64,000 bases of DNA from Thermodesulfobacteriota bacterium (GCA_963675595.2 CAXXLZ010000001.1:1152001-1216000), one strand, 5' to 3'. Shown: positions 30,812-42,190, counted from the stretch's first letter. Translations and numbers: made by a program. The notes: generated by a model not told the origin, from the sequence alone.

Positions 30812-30929
30812 GACTGTTGAAGAACGTGATCCGCGGCGTTGCCTTCATCCCTCGTCGCTGAGACGAACTCTGTGTACGCCTCATTCCCCGGGATTTGGAC
30901 GCCTTGCACGACACCGTTTTTCGCCGGTT
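30812..30929. repeat. Desulfobacterota-type intergenic MITE/REP-like repeat
   Basis: Imperfect terminal IRs GACTGTTGAAGAACG / CGTTTTTCGCCGGTT; minus-strand core TGCAAGGCG..AAATCCCGGGGAATGAGGCGTAC..GACGAGGGATGAAGGCAACGCCGC matches a repeat recalled from related genomes; single copy in this window. Confidence 0.6.
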
Positions 30930-31049
30930 TGCAGTAATCGGACCTTTTCGGCCGGCTGTTGGGAAGCGGAAACGATCCCTCGGATTCCCGTTGGATGTTG
31001 TGGTATTGCATGCTGTTTGGGATTTCGTTATGTAGGAATAAATACATAA

Positions 31050-31997
<948 letters not shown>

Positions 31998-32024
31998 CCG
32001 ATTGCCTAATTTCTCGACTCCGAC

Positions 32025-32068
32025 AACGCCGGACGGTCTCCAGAGGAAGAACGGCCGGCGTTTCGTTT
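32025..32068 (+). terminator. Probable terminator after mdh
   Basis: AACGCCGG...CCGGCGTT stem followed by TCGTTT. Confidence 0.5.
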
Positions 32069-32259
32069 GTGTAGGTGGGTATGTTTCCGGAGAGGTTAGT
32101 GAGCCGAACGAATGGTGGAATGCACGGCGCACTTCACCGGATATTTTAGTTTACATAATATATCTTATCAGACATAAAAACGAGGGCGGCGGGGGGCCGA
32201 AACCAGCCGTCCATTGGGTGCCCGGCCGCATTCCGCCCTCGTCCGGTTCGTTTACTATC

Positions 32260-33051
32260 ATGGCCCTCAATCTCGACCGCATCACCATCGTTCTTCATCA
32301 ACTGCACTATCCCGAGAATATCGGTTCCGCCGCACGTGCCGCCATGAACATGGGCATCAAGAGTCTCCGTTTGGTGGCCCCGGAGAATTGGGATTTGGCT
32401 CGGGCTCTCAAACTGGCTACGCATGTCGCCGCGCCGTTGATCCTCGACCAAGCCCCCTTCCAAACCTTGGAAGAGGCTTTGGAACCCTTCCATTTTGTCG
32501 TCGGGACCACGGCCCGAACCGGTAGAGGCCGTCCCGCCACCGTGGACCCGAGAACCATGGCGGCGAAACTCGCCCAACTCCCCGATCATGCGGAGATCGC
32601 CTTGCTTTTCGGACCCGAGGACCGCGGTCTGAGCAATGAGGAATTGAAATACTGTCAAGAAGTCGCGATCATCCCCACCGCCGGCTTTCATTCCCTCAAT
32701 GTGGCACAGGCCGTGCTCGTCCTTGCATATGAATGCCTTCTAACCTCGCGAATACCGGTGGTCGCACCCGTGGAACGGGAACCCCATCCCTCTCCGCCGG
32801 CCGAACACGGGGAAATGGAACGAATGTACGAACACTTGCAGGACACGCTGACTCGTATTGATTTCATCAACCCGGAGAATCCGCGATATTGGATGCGCAA
32901 GCTCAGGAGAACCCTTTCAAGGTTTCACCTGACTCATCGAGACGTCGCTCTCATTCTCGGCTTGTGTCGGCAGATCAATTGGTTCGCAGGTTCCGTCGAG
33001 GCTTCAAAACGCGAACTTGGGTCGGACGATAAAACCATTAATATAAAGTAG
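32260..33051 (+). CDS. trmJ: SPOUT RNA methyltransferase, TrmJ/LasT family
   Basis: PENIGSAARAAMNMG, GTTAR, LFGPEDRGLSNEEL, SLNVAQAV. Confidence 0.88.
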   Translation: MALNLDRITIVLHQLHYPENIGSAARAAMNMGIKSLRLVAPENWDLARALKLATHVAAPLILDQAPFQTLEEALEPFHFVVGTTARTGRGRPATVDPRTMAAKLAQLPDHAEIALLFGPEDRGLSNEELKYCQEVAIIPTAGFHSLNVAQAVLVLAYECLLTSRIPVVAPVEREPHPSPPAEHGEMERMYEHLQDTLTRIDFINPENPRYWMRKLRRTLSRFHLTHRDVALILGLCRQINWFAGSVEASKRELGSDDKTINIK

Positions 33052-33226
33052 ATTACGGGCAATAGTTGATATATGGAGGAAGGTTTTAGGGTCGATTTGG
33101 GACTTCTGACAACGGACTTGAAGCGGGCCGGCGAGATCGACGATCAATGAAGACCGGAAGTTCACTGTGCATGGGGTTGTGCGCGTCACGGTGGTCGACG
33201 GCCTGCTCCGGGAAAGGAGAGGGTTG

Positions 33227-34159
33227 ATGGAGAAGACGACGGTGAGCCGAACGGGACTTACCTTCATGGGGACCGGTGGAGCGTGGAGCGTCCCGGAGTA
33301 CGGATGCCCGTGTAAAATCTGTCAAACCATGGAAGCACGAGGCCAATACCGGCGTCGTTCCGCTCTCTTATGGCAAGGGTCGGAGACGCTTCTTCTGGAC
33401 TGCGGCCCGGATATATGCCGGCAGCTCTGGGATTACAGGGTTCCCAAGCCCGATGCGGTGTTCTTGTCCCACGAGCACGGGGACCATTTCTTGGGCCTGG
33501 ATGAACTGCTTTCGTTCCGGCGTTGTCTCCCGAAAAAAGAGTTCTCTCTCATCCCTCTGTATGCCACTGAAGAAACCTTCAAGGCAGTGGAAACGAGGTT
33601 CGGCTATCTGATCGGGAGCGTTTTCGAGAAAAGAATTATTCATCCGGGGGAACCGGCCGGCGGGCTTAAGACCACCGTCATTCCCTTTAAGACCTATCAT
33701 GGGGATTTCGCGCCGGGCTCGGTGGGGCTTATGGTGGAAGACCAGGGTCGGCGACTCTGTTACACGTCGGATTTCAGCTCGTTGCCGGATTGGCCCTCGT
33801 TCCTGTTCGAGCCGGACACGCTTGTGATTCAGTCATATTGGCTCCATGAGCCCGTGGTCAACCGCCCCAATCACCTTTCCTTTCAGAACGCCGTTCCTTA
33901 TATTCGGAAGTGGAAGGCGAAAACCGTTTACCTAACCCACCTGTCGGACCAGGACTGCGTTCCGGGAGACCCGGCCAACGACATGATGAAGAAAGTCCCC
34001 CCCAAGTCTCCCCTTACACCTCCCGACTCTTCGGTGCCTTACCCGGTTCCGACCTGCCAGGAGGAATGGGAGGAAGTCGCCGGAAAAGCGGCTCGAGATT
34101 ACGGACTCGAATCTTCAGTGCACGTTGCGTTCGACGGGTTGAACATAGATCCGACATGA
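33227..34159 (+). CDS. MBL-fold hydrolase, PhnP-like
   Basis: GTGGAWSVP..GCPC.IC, DCGPD, SHEHGDHFLG, YTSD, THLS. Confidence 0.85.
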   Translation: MEKTTVSRTGLTFMGTGGAWSVPEYGCPCKICQTMEARGQYRRRSALLWQGSETLLLDCGPDICRQLWDYRVPKPDAVFLSHEHGDHFLGLDELLSFRRCLPKKEFSLIPLYATEETFKAVETRFGYLIGSVFEKRIIHPGEPAGGLKTTVIPFKTYHGDFAPGSVGLMVEDQGRRLCYTSDFSSLPDWPSFLFEPDTLVIQSYWLHEPVVNRPNHLSFQNAVPYIRKWKAKTVYLTHLSDQDCVPGDPANDMMKKVPPKSPLTPPDSSVPYPVPTCQEEWEEVAGKAARDYGLESSVHVAFDGLNIDPT

Positions 34160-34181
34160 GGTGTCGGCGCGGGAGTTTGAT

Positions 34182-34649
34182 ATGCAAGTTGATATTCCGG
34201 GATTCGGCAATCTGACGATTAACCACCTCGTTCTGGATTTCACCGGCACCCTTTCGGTCAGTGGGACGTTGATTTCCGGAGTGGCGGAGAGGCTGACCGC
34301 TCTGGCTTCCCAGGTGACGATCCACGTGATTACGGCGGATACCTTCGGCAAGGCGCGGGGCGCCCTTGAGGGCCTTCCGGTGGAACTCACCGTGATGAAA
34401 GGTTCTCCTGAAGACAAGTTAAAAGCCGACTTCGTGGAAAGCCTTGGCGCGGAGTGCGTCATTGCCATGGGGAACGGGAACAACGATCGGTTGATGCTCG
34501 GAAAGGCCGCCGTCGGAGTGGCGGTCGTCGAAAGGGAAGGATGTTCCGGGGCGGCCCTCTCCTCGGCCGACTTGATGGTGACGAGTATACTGGACGGCTT
34601 GGACCTCTTGGCGGTGCCTCTGAGGCTCAAGGCGGGACTCCGGTTCTGA
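34182..34649 (+). CDS. HAD-family hydrolase (soluble P-type ATPase-like)
   Basis: LDFTGTL, TADTFG, GNGNNDRLML. Confidence 0.88.
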   Translation: MQVDIPGFGNLTINHLVLDFTGTLSVSGTLISGVAERLTALASQVTIHVITADTFGKARGALEGLPVELTVMKGSPEDKLKADFVESLGAECVIAMGNGNNDRLMLGKAAVGVAVVEREGCSGAALSSADLMVTSILDGLDLLAVPLRLKAGLRF

Positions 34650-34719
34650 GCCGTCCATAATTCTCCCCGCCGATGGACTGCGAACAGGTCGCCGGCGGGG
34701 GGCCTCCCGTTGCCGACGT

Positions 34720-35187
34720 TCAGGGTTTCCTTGGAGGACCAACTCCTTTTTCCCGGGCCAGCTGATCGACCTTTTTCTCAAGCGCATCTAGTCTGCGAAG
34801 GATTTCCGAAACGACCCGCTCTCCTTTCTTCTCAATGTTGTCCACCCTTGCCGACAGTTGGTCCGCGCTGGATTTCGTCTGCGTGAACCGATTGACCTTC
34901 TCGATCAGGTCGGAGATTCCCTGCCGGTCCGAACGATTCGCATGCCCTCCTCCCTGGGATGCCTCGACGCCTTCGATTTCGCTGGAGAGCTCACGGACTT
35001 TGAGCTCGAGCTTCGCCAGAGTCTCGTAAGTCCCGGGATCAATGCCGGCCCCGGAAGAGAGCAGCACCTTGAACATCATGGCGAGGCCGATCACGATGAC
35101 GATGAGCAGGAGTTTCTCCAATACGGAAAGGCGGAACCTGCGCCGGGCGTTATCGGGAGCGGATGGGATTTCATTGTCGGAAGTCAT
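34720..35187 (-). CDS. Hypothetical membrane-anchored coiled-coil protein
   Basis: Single TM segment (LLLIVIVIGLAMMF) followed by heptad-like repeats. Confidence 0.65.
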   Translation of the reverse strand: MTSDNEIPSAPDNARRRFRLSVLEKLLLIVIVIGLAMMFKVLLSSGAGIDPGTYETLAKLELKVRELSSEIEGVEASQGGGHANRSDRQGISDLIEKVNRFTQTKSSADQLSARVDNIEKKGERVVSEILRRLDALEKKVDQLAREKGVGPPRKP

Positions 35188-35269
35188 GGGTATCCTGGTC
35201 TAACGAAGACGTTATGAAATAGGAAGTTACTGAAACAACATAATGTAAATTGTTAGATGTCTTCTCGGC

Positions 35270-37102
35270 TCAGACATTGATGTACGAACGAGCATACGTC
35301 CGGACGTGTCGGCCTTCGAGGACGTGAAACGTCCTCATTTTCTTGATCACCTGCGGAGAGAACGTTCCCATGGGAAGGTAGATAATTTTCTTCCCCATTC
35401 GCTCGGCCAAGGCGTACATGCCGGAAACCGGGGGGCGGGAAGAAATGTAGAGCACGTTCCTCTCCAAGCTGTAGTCCAGTGCGGCCATCAGCAGGCGTTC
35501 GTGTTTTTTTTCGAATTCGTCGAAAAAAGGATCTTCCCAAATGTCATATACCCTCCTTGGAGGATAGCTCAACAAGAATCCACCATAGACGCATTGAGAG
35601 ATTCCGGGTCCCACGAGGTGGGAGCCCGTTTGCGTGGCGTAAAAAGCCATGTCCGATTCCTGGTCGTGTTCACCAAGCCAGGTGAGCTTCCAAGGATATT
35701 GTTCGTCTTCCGGGTCCTCGTCTTCGTCGAACACAATGACCAATGAACCGACGTTGCCTCTGAACGGACGGTTTTCGTTCACGTAGATTCTTCCATCCAA
35801 GACCCAGTTCCGTGCGGTTTCTCTCGCGTTGATCCCGTCCAGCAGGGAAGTGGTGAAGGGAACCGTGCGCGACTGATCTTCGGACAGAATCTTGATGGCG
35901 CGTTTCTTGGCGTAGTCTCCAAAGCCTTCCACCGCCACGTCCTCGGGCGGATAGGAACAAATCGTCAGGCCGAGCCATTCGCTTCGCCATTTCTCCCGGT
36001 CTTTCCTCGAAATTCGCCTGCGACCCGGTATGGGAACGAGCTTCCGGCGAAGGGTCTTCATTCGCCGATGGAAGCGAATCAGTTTTCGATTCAGATAGAG
36101 GTCGTCTCCGGAAAGCTCCATCACGGGCAACGAGGGCTGATCTTCGTGAAACGGGTAATCCGAACCGATGTCCCATAGTTCAAAAGCGAAATTGTCGTTC
36201 ACCGCGCCTCGGGCCGCGATGATCAACTTGTAGAAGTCCGGAACCAGGCGTCCCTGGACCCAGGCATAGTTCCGTGCGAATTGGAAAAGGACCCGTCTTT
36301 GCACGGGAGTCACCTCTTCCTTGTCGTGCTGATAGTAAAGGGCTTCGGCGCGTTCAACCAGTTCCCGTTGAAGCCCGGGGCGGTCCGGTGGAGCGTAGAG
36401 CAATGTGCCCTTTTCCCTTTCTTCTTCATAGCGTCGGACCAAAAAGGGCATTTCGCTGAGAACTTCCCGACTGGATTCCGGATGCAGACTTGCCAGGGAG
36501 GCGTCCCGAGGTTTGACTCGGCCCAAAGGTCGGACCTGGTGCGTTTCCATTCCACGCTTTACCGGCACATAGTGATTCAGGCCCAAGACCAGGGCCACGC
36601 GCTCGTATGAAGAGGAAAGCCGGCGGAGGTGCCAACACATATTGCATTCGCGCATGGCATCCGCGGAGGACGACGGTCGGTCTCCGTATTGAAGGGCGAA
36701 CGCGTCTATGTAGGCCTGGTAGCCGATGCGGGTTACCGCGTAACTGTCGGGCATGGGCTCCATCACTCGCGGATACCCTTCCACATCCAGGTCGACGCAG
36801 TAAACCGGGACGTCATGCTCCAGCCCGTAACGAACCGCTTCGAACATGGCGTCGTGGGGTTCGGCGATGAGGTAGACCAGAGCCCCTTCCCTCTCCTGGT
36901 AGTGAATCACCGTAAGGTAGGGAAGCCTACGGGCCGCACGGAGAATGGGCTGCTGGAGCGTGCTCGGAAACTCGACCGCCACGGCATCCGGCTTCAGTTC
37001 ATGGAGTCGGCGGTGGACCTCCAGGCCGAACTCGTACCTCCCATGCAGTACCGGTAGAAGCGTGACCCCGCCGGTGGGGCTCGCATTCTTGGTCCGTGTC
37101 AT
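35270..37102 (-). CDS. Conserved hypothetical protein, partner of the AAA ATPase
   Basis: 610-aa ORF whose start overlaps the ATPase stop (ATGA); TraB/ChaN-like N-terminus (PDAVAVEFP, RECNM). Confidence 0.8.
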   Translation of the reverse strand: MTRTKNASPTGGVTLLPVLHGRYEFGLEVHRRLHELKPDAVAVEFPSTLQQPILRAARRLPYLTVIHYQEREGALVYLIAEPHDAMFEAVRYGLEHDVPVYCVDLDVEGYPRVMEPMPDSYAVTRIGYQAYIDAFALQYGDRPSSSADAMRECNMCWHLRRLSSSYERVALVLGLNHYVPVKRGMETHQVRPLGRVKPRDASLASLHPESSREVLSEMPFLVRRYEEEREKGTLLYAPPDRPGLQRELVERAEALYYQHDKEEVTPVQRRVLFQFARNYAWVQGRLVPDFYKLIIAARGAVNDNFAFELWDIGSDYPFHEDQPSLPVMELSGDDLYLNRKLIRFHRRMKTLRRKLVPIPGRRRISRKDREKWRSEWLGLTICSYPPEDVAVEGFGDYAKKRAIKILSEDQSRTVPFTTSLLDGINARETARNWVLDGRIYVNENRPFRGNVGSLVIVFDEDEDPEDEQYPWKLTWLGEHDQESDMAFYATQTGSHLVGPGISQCVYGGFLLSYPPRRVYDIWEDPFFDEFEKKHERLLMAALDYSLERNVLYISSRPPVSGMYALAERMGKKIIYLPMGTFSPQVIKKMRTFHVLEGRHVRTYARSYINV

Positions 37103-37947
37103 CGGGCTTTTGGAACTCCCAGCAAGTAGACCAGGGCGTCTTCACCCAGGATGAGGCGAACTGCGGAGCTCACGCCGGCCAGGACTTCCGACGGTGCGGG
37201 TTCGGCTTGGGCGCTCAGAAGCTTCAGTGCATATCTCCCCACGTTGATGCCGTCCCGAACACTAAATCGCTCACCCGCGGAATGAGACAAACGGAGGAAT
37301 TCCACCACATAATCGAGAACGATTTCGTCGGCGAAGGGAAGATTCCTCGACAAGATCAATCGCTCATCTTCGGGTTCGGGAAAATCAATGAGAATCTGGG
37401 GCTGAATTCTTGAATGGATATACTCCGGCAATTCAAACGTGCTCGCATCATCGTTCATGGTCGCACAGAAGCGGAAATCGGTATGGGCGGCTATTTTGAT
37501 CCCGGCCACGATGGATTCCACATATCTTCGGTGATCCAGAAGAGGAGCCAGAGAAGCCCAGCTCTTTTCACTCATGCGATTGCCCTCGTCCAGAATGCAC
37601 ACGCCTCCCTGGATCATGGCGGAAAGCAGAGGGGAAGCCATATAGTTGATGCGCCCTCCTTCGCCGATAACCGGGGTGACGATGAGGTCTTCGGGCCGGG
37701 TGTCCATGGTGGCCTGAAAAAGGTACACGGGCCTGAACAGCCTCTTGGCGGCCGCGTAGGCAAGCGTGGTCTTGCCGACACCCGGTTTGCCCACTAGTCG
37801 AGGATTCAAAGGCAGGTCTTCTTCACCCAAAACCAGCCATGCGGCGAGTACCTGGTCGATCAGCTCCGTCTGCCCCACCCAGTCACAATGGATCTCGTCG
37901 GGTCGGGACAGATGAAGGGTTATCCCGTCAATCACTACTTTCTTCAT
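37099..37947 (-). CDS. MoxR/CbbQ-NirQ-NorQ-type AAA+ ATPase
   Basis: GKPGVGKT, ILDEGNRM, TMND, SVRDG. Confidence 0.9.
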   Translation of the reverse strand: MKKVVIDGITLHLSRPDEIHCDWVGQTELIDQVLAAWLVLGEEDLPLNPRLVGKPGVGKTTLAYAAAKRLFRPVYLFQATMDTRPEDLIVTPVIGEGGRINYMASPLLSAMIQGGVCILDEGNRMSEKSWASLAPLLDHRRYVESIVAGIKIAAHTDFRFCATMNDDASTFELPEYIHSRIQPQILIDFPEPEDERLILSRNLPFADEIVLDYVVEFLRLSHSAGERFSVRDGINVGRYALKLLSAQAEPAPSEVLAGVSSAVRLILGEDALVYLLGVPKAR

Positions 37948-38177
37948 GCGTTTCTCTGTCCGTGATGAATTTTGCGCCCCATGTCCGAAGGCCGCTTGAA
38001 GTGATTCGTTGATAAAACGAAAGCATGATAAAGCAGCCTAGAAGGAATTGCAAACAGAGGCGGGAAGCAAGGGCGGCGGACTTTCCGCGGTCCTGCGTCG
38101 CCAAGCCTTCGGCTCCCTGCTTGACAGAGTCCGGGTTTTTCCTGTACCCGTACGCAATCTCACATAAGAGGTGACAT

Positions 38178-39932
38178 ATGAAGTCCAACATCGTTTTGCA
38201 GGATGCACCCAAGACCTATACCTTCGACCAGGACAAGGCCGAATCTCCGGAACGAACCGTTCGGCGCATCAAGGAAGTGCTGAAAAAGGCCGGGCTGGAC
38301 ATACTCAAGGAGACCTTGCGTGTGGACGCCGGTCGACTGGGCATTCCGGTTTACGTCAGCCTCTGTGGAAGCGAAGCGCTGCGAACCATCGGCACCAAGA
38401 AGCAGATGGGAAAAGGCGCCACGCCGGAACAGGCGGAGGCCAGCGCCCTGGCGGAACTGGTCGAGCGTTTCAGCTTTTTCCATTTTCTTGAGAATCATCC
38501 GTTTCTGATAAGCGACTACGAGCACGTGGCCGACGATGCACTCCCCTTCCCCGAACTGGCGAAGTCCGTGCACCACGATTCGCTGGATTTGGACAGGGCT
38601 CGGGAGGCGCTTGAGGGGATCCCCCTGAAGTGGGCCTGGGCGAAAAATCTCACAACGGACGAAGACGTCCTTGTCCCGGTGGACTGGTTTTACGAGATCA
38701 ATCAGTTCAACGGTCCCTCCGCCGGCAACCGGCTGGAAGAAGCCGTCCTGCAGGGAATCTGCGAAGTGGTGGAACGGCACGTTTCGGCTCTGGTCTGCCG
38801 TGGAATGCTCGAAGTGGCGGACGTGGATTTCGCCGGGCCGGCGAGTTCCGCGGCACGTGAGCTGGTGGACAAATACGAGAAAGTGGGGATCAAACTTCAT
38901 GTCAAGGATTTCACCTTGGACATGGGTATTCCCACTATCGGTGCGTTGGCTTGGGACCCCACGACCTTTCCGCAACGCAGCGAGATCGTTTTCACCGCGG
39001 GCACGGCCACGGACCCGGAGAAGGCTTTCATTCGTGCGCTCACCGAGATCGCGCAGTTGGCCGGGGATTTCGACACCACGGGCGAATACGTGGCCAGCGG
39101 GTTGCCCAAACCCTCCAGGCTGGACGAAGTTCAGTACATAGTGAAACCGGGCGGGGATCAAGTCGGTCTAAACGAGCTCCCCAATCTCTCCCATGAAAAC
39201 ATTCGAGTGGAGGTGGAGCGGTGTGTGACGGCCTTGGCTCGAAAAGGATTTCAGGTCCTCGCACTGAACACCACCCATCCGGTCCTGGAGTTCCCTGCGG
39301 TATATATCATGATTCCCGGGTGCCATTTCCGGGAGCGCTCTCGCGGAACAAGCGTGCCGTTCTTCGCGGCCAAACTGTGCTTTCAGGCGTTTCCACCGGA
39401 TCAGGCCGTTGAACGTCTGAAGCGTTTGAGCCGCTTGTATCCGGACAAATATTATCTGGAATACTATCAAGGAGTCTGTCACGCCCATTTGGAGCGGCAG
39501 GACAAGGCGCTCGAACATTTTTCCAGAGCCATGGAACTCTCGCCGGCCCCGGAAGACGCTTCCACCATACAGTGCTACAAGGGAATCTGTTATAAGGATA
39601 TGGAGCGCTTTGAGCAGGCCATTCGAGAGCTGGAAGAAGCGGTCCGAATGGATCCCGACTGCAAAGAAGCTTACAACGCCATGGGCTTCTGTCGCTTCAA
39701 GCTCAAGGAGCACGAAAAGGCCATCGAATGTTTCGAGAATGCCCTCCGGATCGATCCCGGCTCCGCCATCGATTACGCGAACATCGCCACAAACCTGAGA
39801 GAACTCGGTCGGATCGACGAAGCGATTCGGCTCTACGGGATGGCCCTTGAGCTGGACGACTCCCTTGATTTCGCGAAACGAAACCTGGAATTCCTCAGAC
39901 GGAAGCAGGACGGGCTCGCAGGGGACGAATAG
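38178..39932 (+). CDS. YcaO-like protein with C-terminal TPR repeats
   Basis: QMGKG.T..QAEASALAELVERFS, NGPSAGN.LEEA..QGICEVVER, RALTEIAQ; TPR motifs at the C-terminus. Confidence 0.9.
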   Translation: MKSNIVLQDAPKTYTFDQDKAESPERTVRRIKEVLKKAGLDILKETLRVDAGRLGIPVYVSLCGSEALRTIGTKKQMGKGATPEQAEASALAELVERFSFFHFLENHPFLISDYEHVADDALPFPELAKSVHHDSLDLDRAREALEGIPLKWAWAKNLTTDEDVLVPVDWFYEINQFNGPSAGNRLEEAVLQGICEVVERHVSALVCRGMLEVADVDFAGPASSAARELVDKYEKVGIKLHVKDFTLDMGIPTIGALAWDPTTFPQRSEIVFTAGTATDPEKAFIRALTEIAQLAGDFDTTGEYVASGLPKPSRLDEVQYIVKPGGDQVGLNELPNLSHENIRVEVERCVTALARKGFQVLALNTTHPVLEFPAVYIMIPGCHFRERSRGTSVPFFAAKLCFQAFPPDQAVERLKRLSRLYPDKYYLEYYQGVCHAHLERQDKALEHFSRAMELSPAPEDASTIQCYKGICYKDMERFEQAIRELEEAVRMDPDCKEAYNAMGFCRFKLKEHEKAIECFENALRIDPGSAIDYANIATNLRELGRIDEAIRLYGMALELDDSLDFAKRNLEFLRRKQDGLAGDE

Positions 39933-40075
39933 GACAACGGGGCCGATGCGGCGGGTCGGTCGCATGCCGGATTCGTTCCTGACCGAGCACCGGACGCGAG
40001 CATGCAAGCCTTGACCGTTCCGCAGGATTCTTCTATATGGTAAGGCCAAATAAACTTGTGGAATCCGGGGGCGTT

Positions 40076-41563
40076 ATGAAGTGTACACAAAGGAAAATCG
40101 CGTGGTGGTTGAGTCTGATCGCCTTGTTGCTGTGCGCATGCGGAGACCGTTCCGTGGATCGGCCGAGCATTTCTTCGGTGGAACCGCTTGAAGCGCAAGT
40201 GAAGTCCGTGATTGTGATCCGCGGTTCGAATTTTATCGATTCGTACAGCCAAACCTTTGTACGTTTCGAAGGAAAATCGGCGGATCCCAAAGACTTCGTT
40301 TCCATCACCAACAATGAAATTCAGGTGCGCGTACCCACCCTGAGCAAGACCGGCAACCTTTACCTCGAAATCCAAGATGAAACCACGAACAGCGTGCCCT
40401 TTACCGTGTTCGGTCCATGGATCTATGTGGTCCACGGCGGTGACTTTCCAGGGCTCAGCGTTTTGGACAGCCATATCCCCGAGGACGGGACCGGCCTGGA
40501 CGTTCGGGCCGAGACCGCTCTCGATATGAAACCCGGCACCATGGCCACGACGCTGGAAGGAGACAAGGCCTACCTCACCCTGCCCTCCACCGATTCGGTG
40601 TTGGTTCTCGACGCACCCAAGAACTCGATCATCGGCACCATCGTCGAGGGTATCGGGCCGAACCCTTCCGCACTGGCTTTTACGGAATTGGATAAGCACA
40701 AGTGCTTTATCGCCAACCGGGGCGATCGCTCCGTTACGGTGGTGGATACCCTGACAAATACGGTGATCGATACCTTGGTTCCGGCCGCCGACGGCGATTC
40801 ACGTACGGATTGGGGGCAAGCTTCCGTTGTAGTTGATCCCGTTTTCGAGACCGTGTACGTCATTTTTGAGGATGAGGCCGTTTTGAGAGCCTATTGGGTG
40901 GACAGCCACGAACTTCGCTCGGAAACCTTGTTGGGTGATGGAATTCGCCCCACGCAATTGTTGGTACTACCCAACAATCTGAGGGTTTATTGTTTGACTC
41001 AGGGAAATACGCTGGAGGGAGACGACGTTACCGGTTCTTTGATCTCTTTCGACATAGGCGACCAAGCGATTCTGCGCACGACGCTTGTAGGTCAGGGACC
41101 CACCGAAATGGCCAATGTGGCGAACAGCTATTTGGTGGTGGCCAACAACACCAGCGACTCCGTAACCATCCTGAATACGGACGGAGACGTGGTGGACAAG
41201 ACCTTTTTTATCGAAGATGTGGGCGAGGAGCCCTTCGGCGTCACGGTATCCGACGAGAACGACCGTATTTTTGTTTCCAGCACGGTGGGCGGGAAGATTA
41301 CCGTGATCAATCGCAGCGACCTCGTTGTTGAAGACACCATCACCTTGTCCCAGGGAATCGAACAGGTGATTTATCGGGAAACCGGTGAAGGAGAGCGGCT
41401 TTTCGTGTTGAACCCGCTGGAGAATTCAATAGCTGCGGTCAACGTGGACGAGGACGACGATACGGGTGATGCTCCGAACACCGTGATTGCTTCAACACAG
41501 CTCGCCTCGGACGTGGAGTTCATGTACGTCGAAAGGCTGGATACCTATCCTCCTACGGACTAA
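40076..41563 (+). CDS. Lipoprotein with IPT/TIG domain and YVTN-type beta-propeller
   Basis: Lipobox LCAC; ISSVEP..VIVIRGSNF TIG motif; repeated ANRGDRSVTVVD / ANNTSDSVTIL blades. Confidence 0.82.
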   Translation: MKCTQRKIAWWLSLIALLLCACGDRSVDRPSISSVEPLEAQVKSVIVIRGSNFIDSYSQTFVRFEGKSADPKDFVSITNNEIQVRVPTLSKTGNLYLEIQDETTNSVPFTVFGPWIYVVHGGDFPGLSVLDSHIPEDGTGLDVRAETALDMKPGTMATTLEGDKAYLTLPSTDSVLVLDAPKNSIIGTIVEGIGPNPSALAFTELDKHKCFIANRGDRSVTVVDTLTNTVIDTLVPAADGDSRTDWGQASVVVDPVFETVYVIFEDEAVLRAYWVDSHELRSETLLGDGIRPTQLLVLPNNLRVYCLTQGNTLEGDDVTGSLISFDIGDQAILRTTLVGQGPTEMANVANSYLVVANNTSDSVTILNTDGDVVDKTFFIEDVGEEPFGVTVSDENDRIFVSSTVGGKITVINRSDLVVEDTITLSQGIEQVIYRETGEGERLFVLNPLENSIAAVNVDEDDDTGDAPNTVIASTQLASDVEFMYVERLDTYPPTD

Positions 41564-41569
41564 GGGGCT

Positions 41570-42190
41570 TCAAAAAACCTTTTTGAGTTCGCTCAAATTA
41601 CGGATATGAAGGTCCGCTTTGAGTGAGGGATTGCGGAAGGCGATAAGCGGAACGTCGGCCGCTCGGGCCGCTTCCTCGTCCACGGAACTGTCGCCGACGT
41701 AGGCTGCTTCACCGGGGTGCAGGCCGAAAGCGCGAAGGACCTTCTCCAGGGGCTCGGCATGAGGCTTCGGGTTGCGGACGTCGAGAGCGGAGACGACCAT
41801 GTCGAAGAATTCCTCCAGCCCGTGAACGGAAACGATCATACCAATGGTGTTGGTCCGGTTGGTGACCAGAGCGGTTCTGTATTTGCGTTTCAGGTACCGT
41901 AGAGTGTCTTTCAGGTCGGGCTCTTCCGTCATGTATTTGAGGAAAAGAGCATAGTCCAAGGTCCCGTAATAGTCGAAGGCCCTGTCCACAAGATCCTGTC
42001 GATCCCTGAGGACATACTCGATGGATTGGTAGGTGGTTTTCATATGGATGATGTCTTCTTCTTCAGGGGACATGTCCGGAAGTCCCACATGATGAAGAAT
42101 GGCGTTGTAGAATCGCACGTTGGCGGTTCGGGAATCGAACATCACCCCATCACAATCGAACAGTACGGCTTTGGTATCGTGGCTCCACAT
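41570..42190 (-). CDS. HAD-family phosphatase (phosphoglycolate phosphatase-like)
   Basis: FDCDGVMFDS, VTNR, PKPHAEP, YVGDS. Confidence 0.9.
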   Translation of the reverse strand: MWSHDTKAVLFDCDGVMFDSRTANVRFYNAILHHVGLPDMSPEEEDIIHMKTTYQSIEYVLRDRQDLVDRAFDYYGTLDYALFLKYMTEEPDLKDTLRYLKRKYRTALVTNRTNTIGMIVSVHGLEEFFDMVVSALDVRNPKPHAEPLEKVLRAFGLHPGEAAYVGDSSVDEEAARAADVPLIAFRNPSLKADLHIRNLSELKKVF

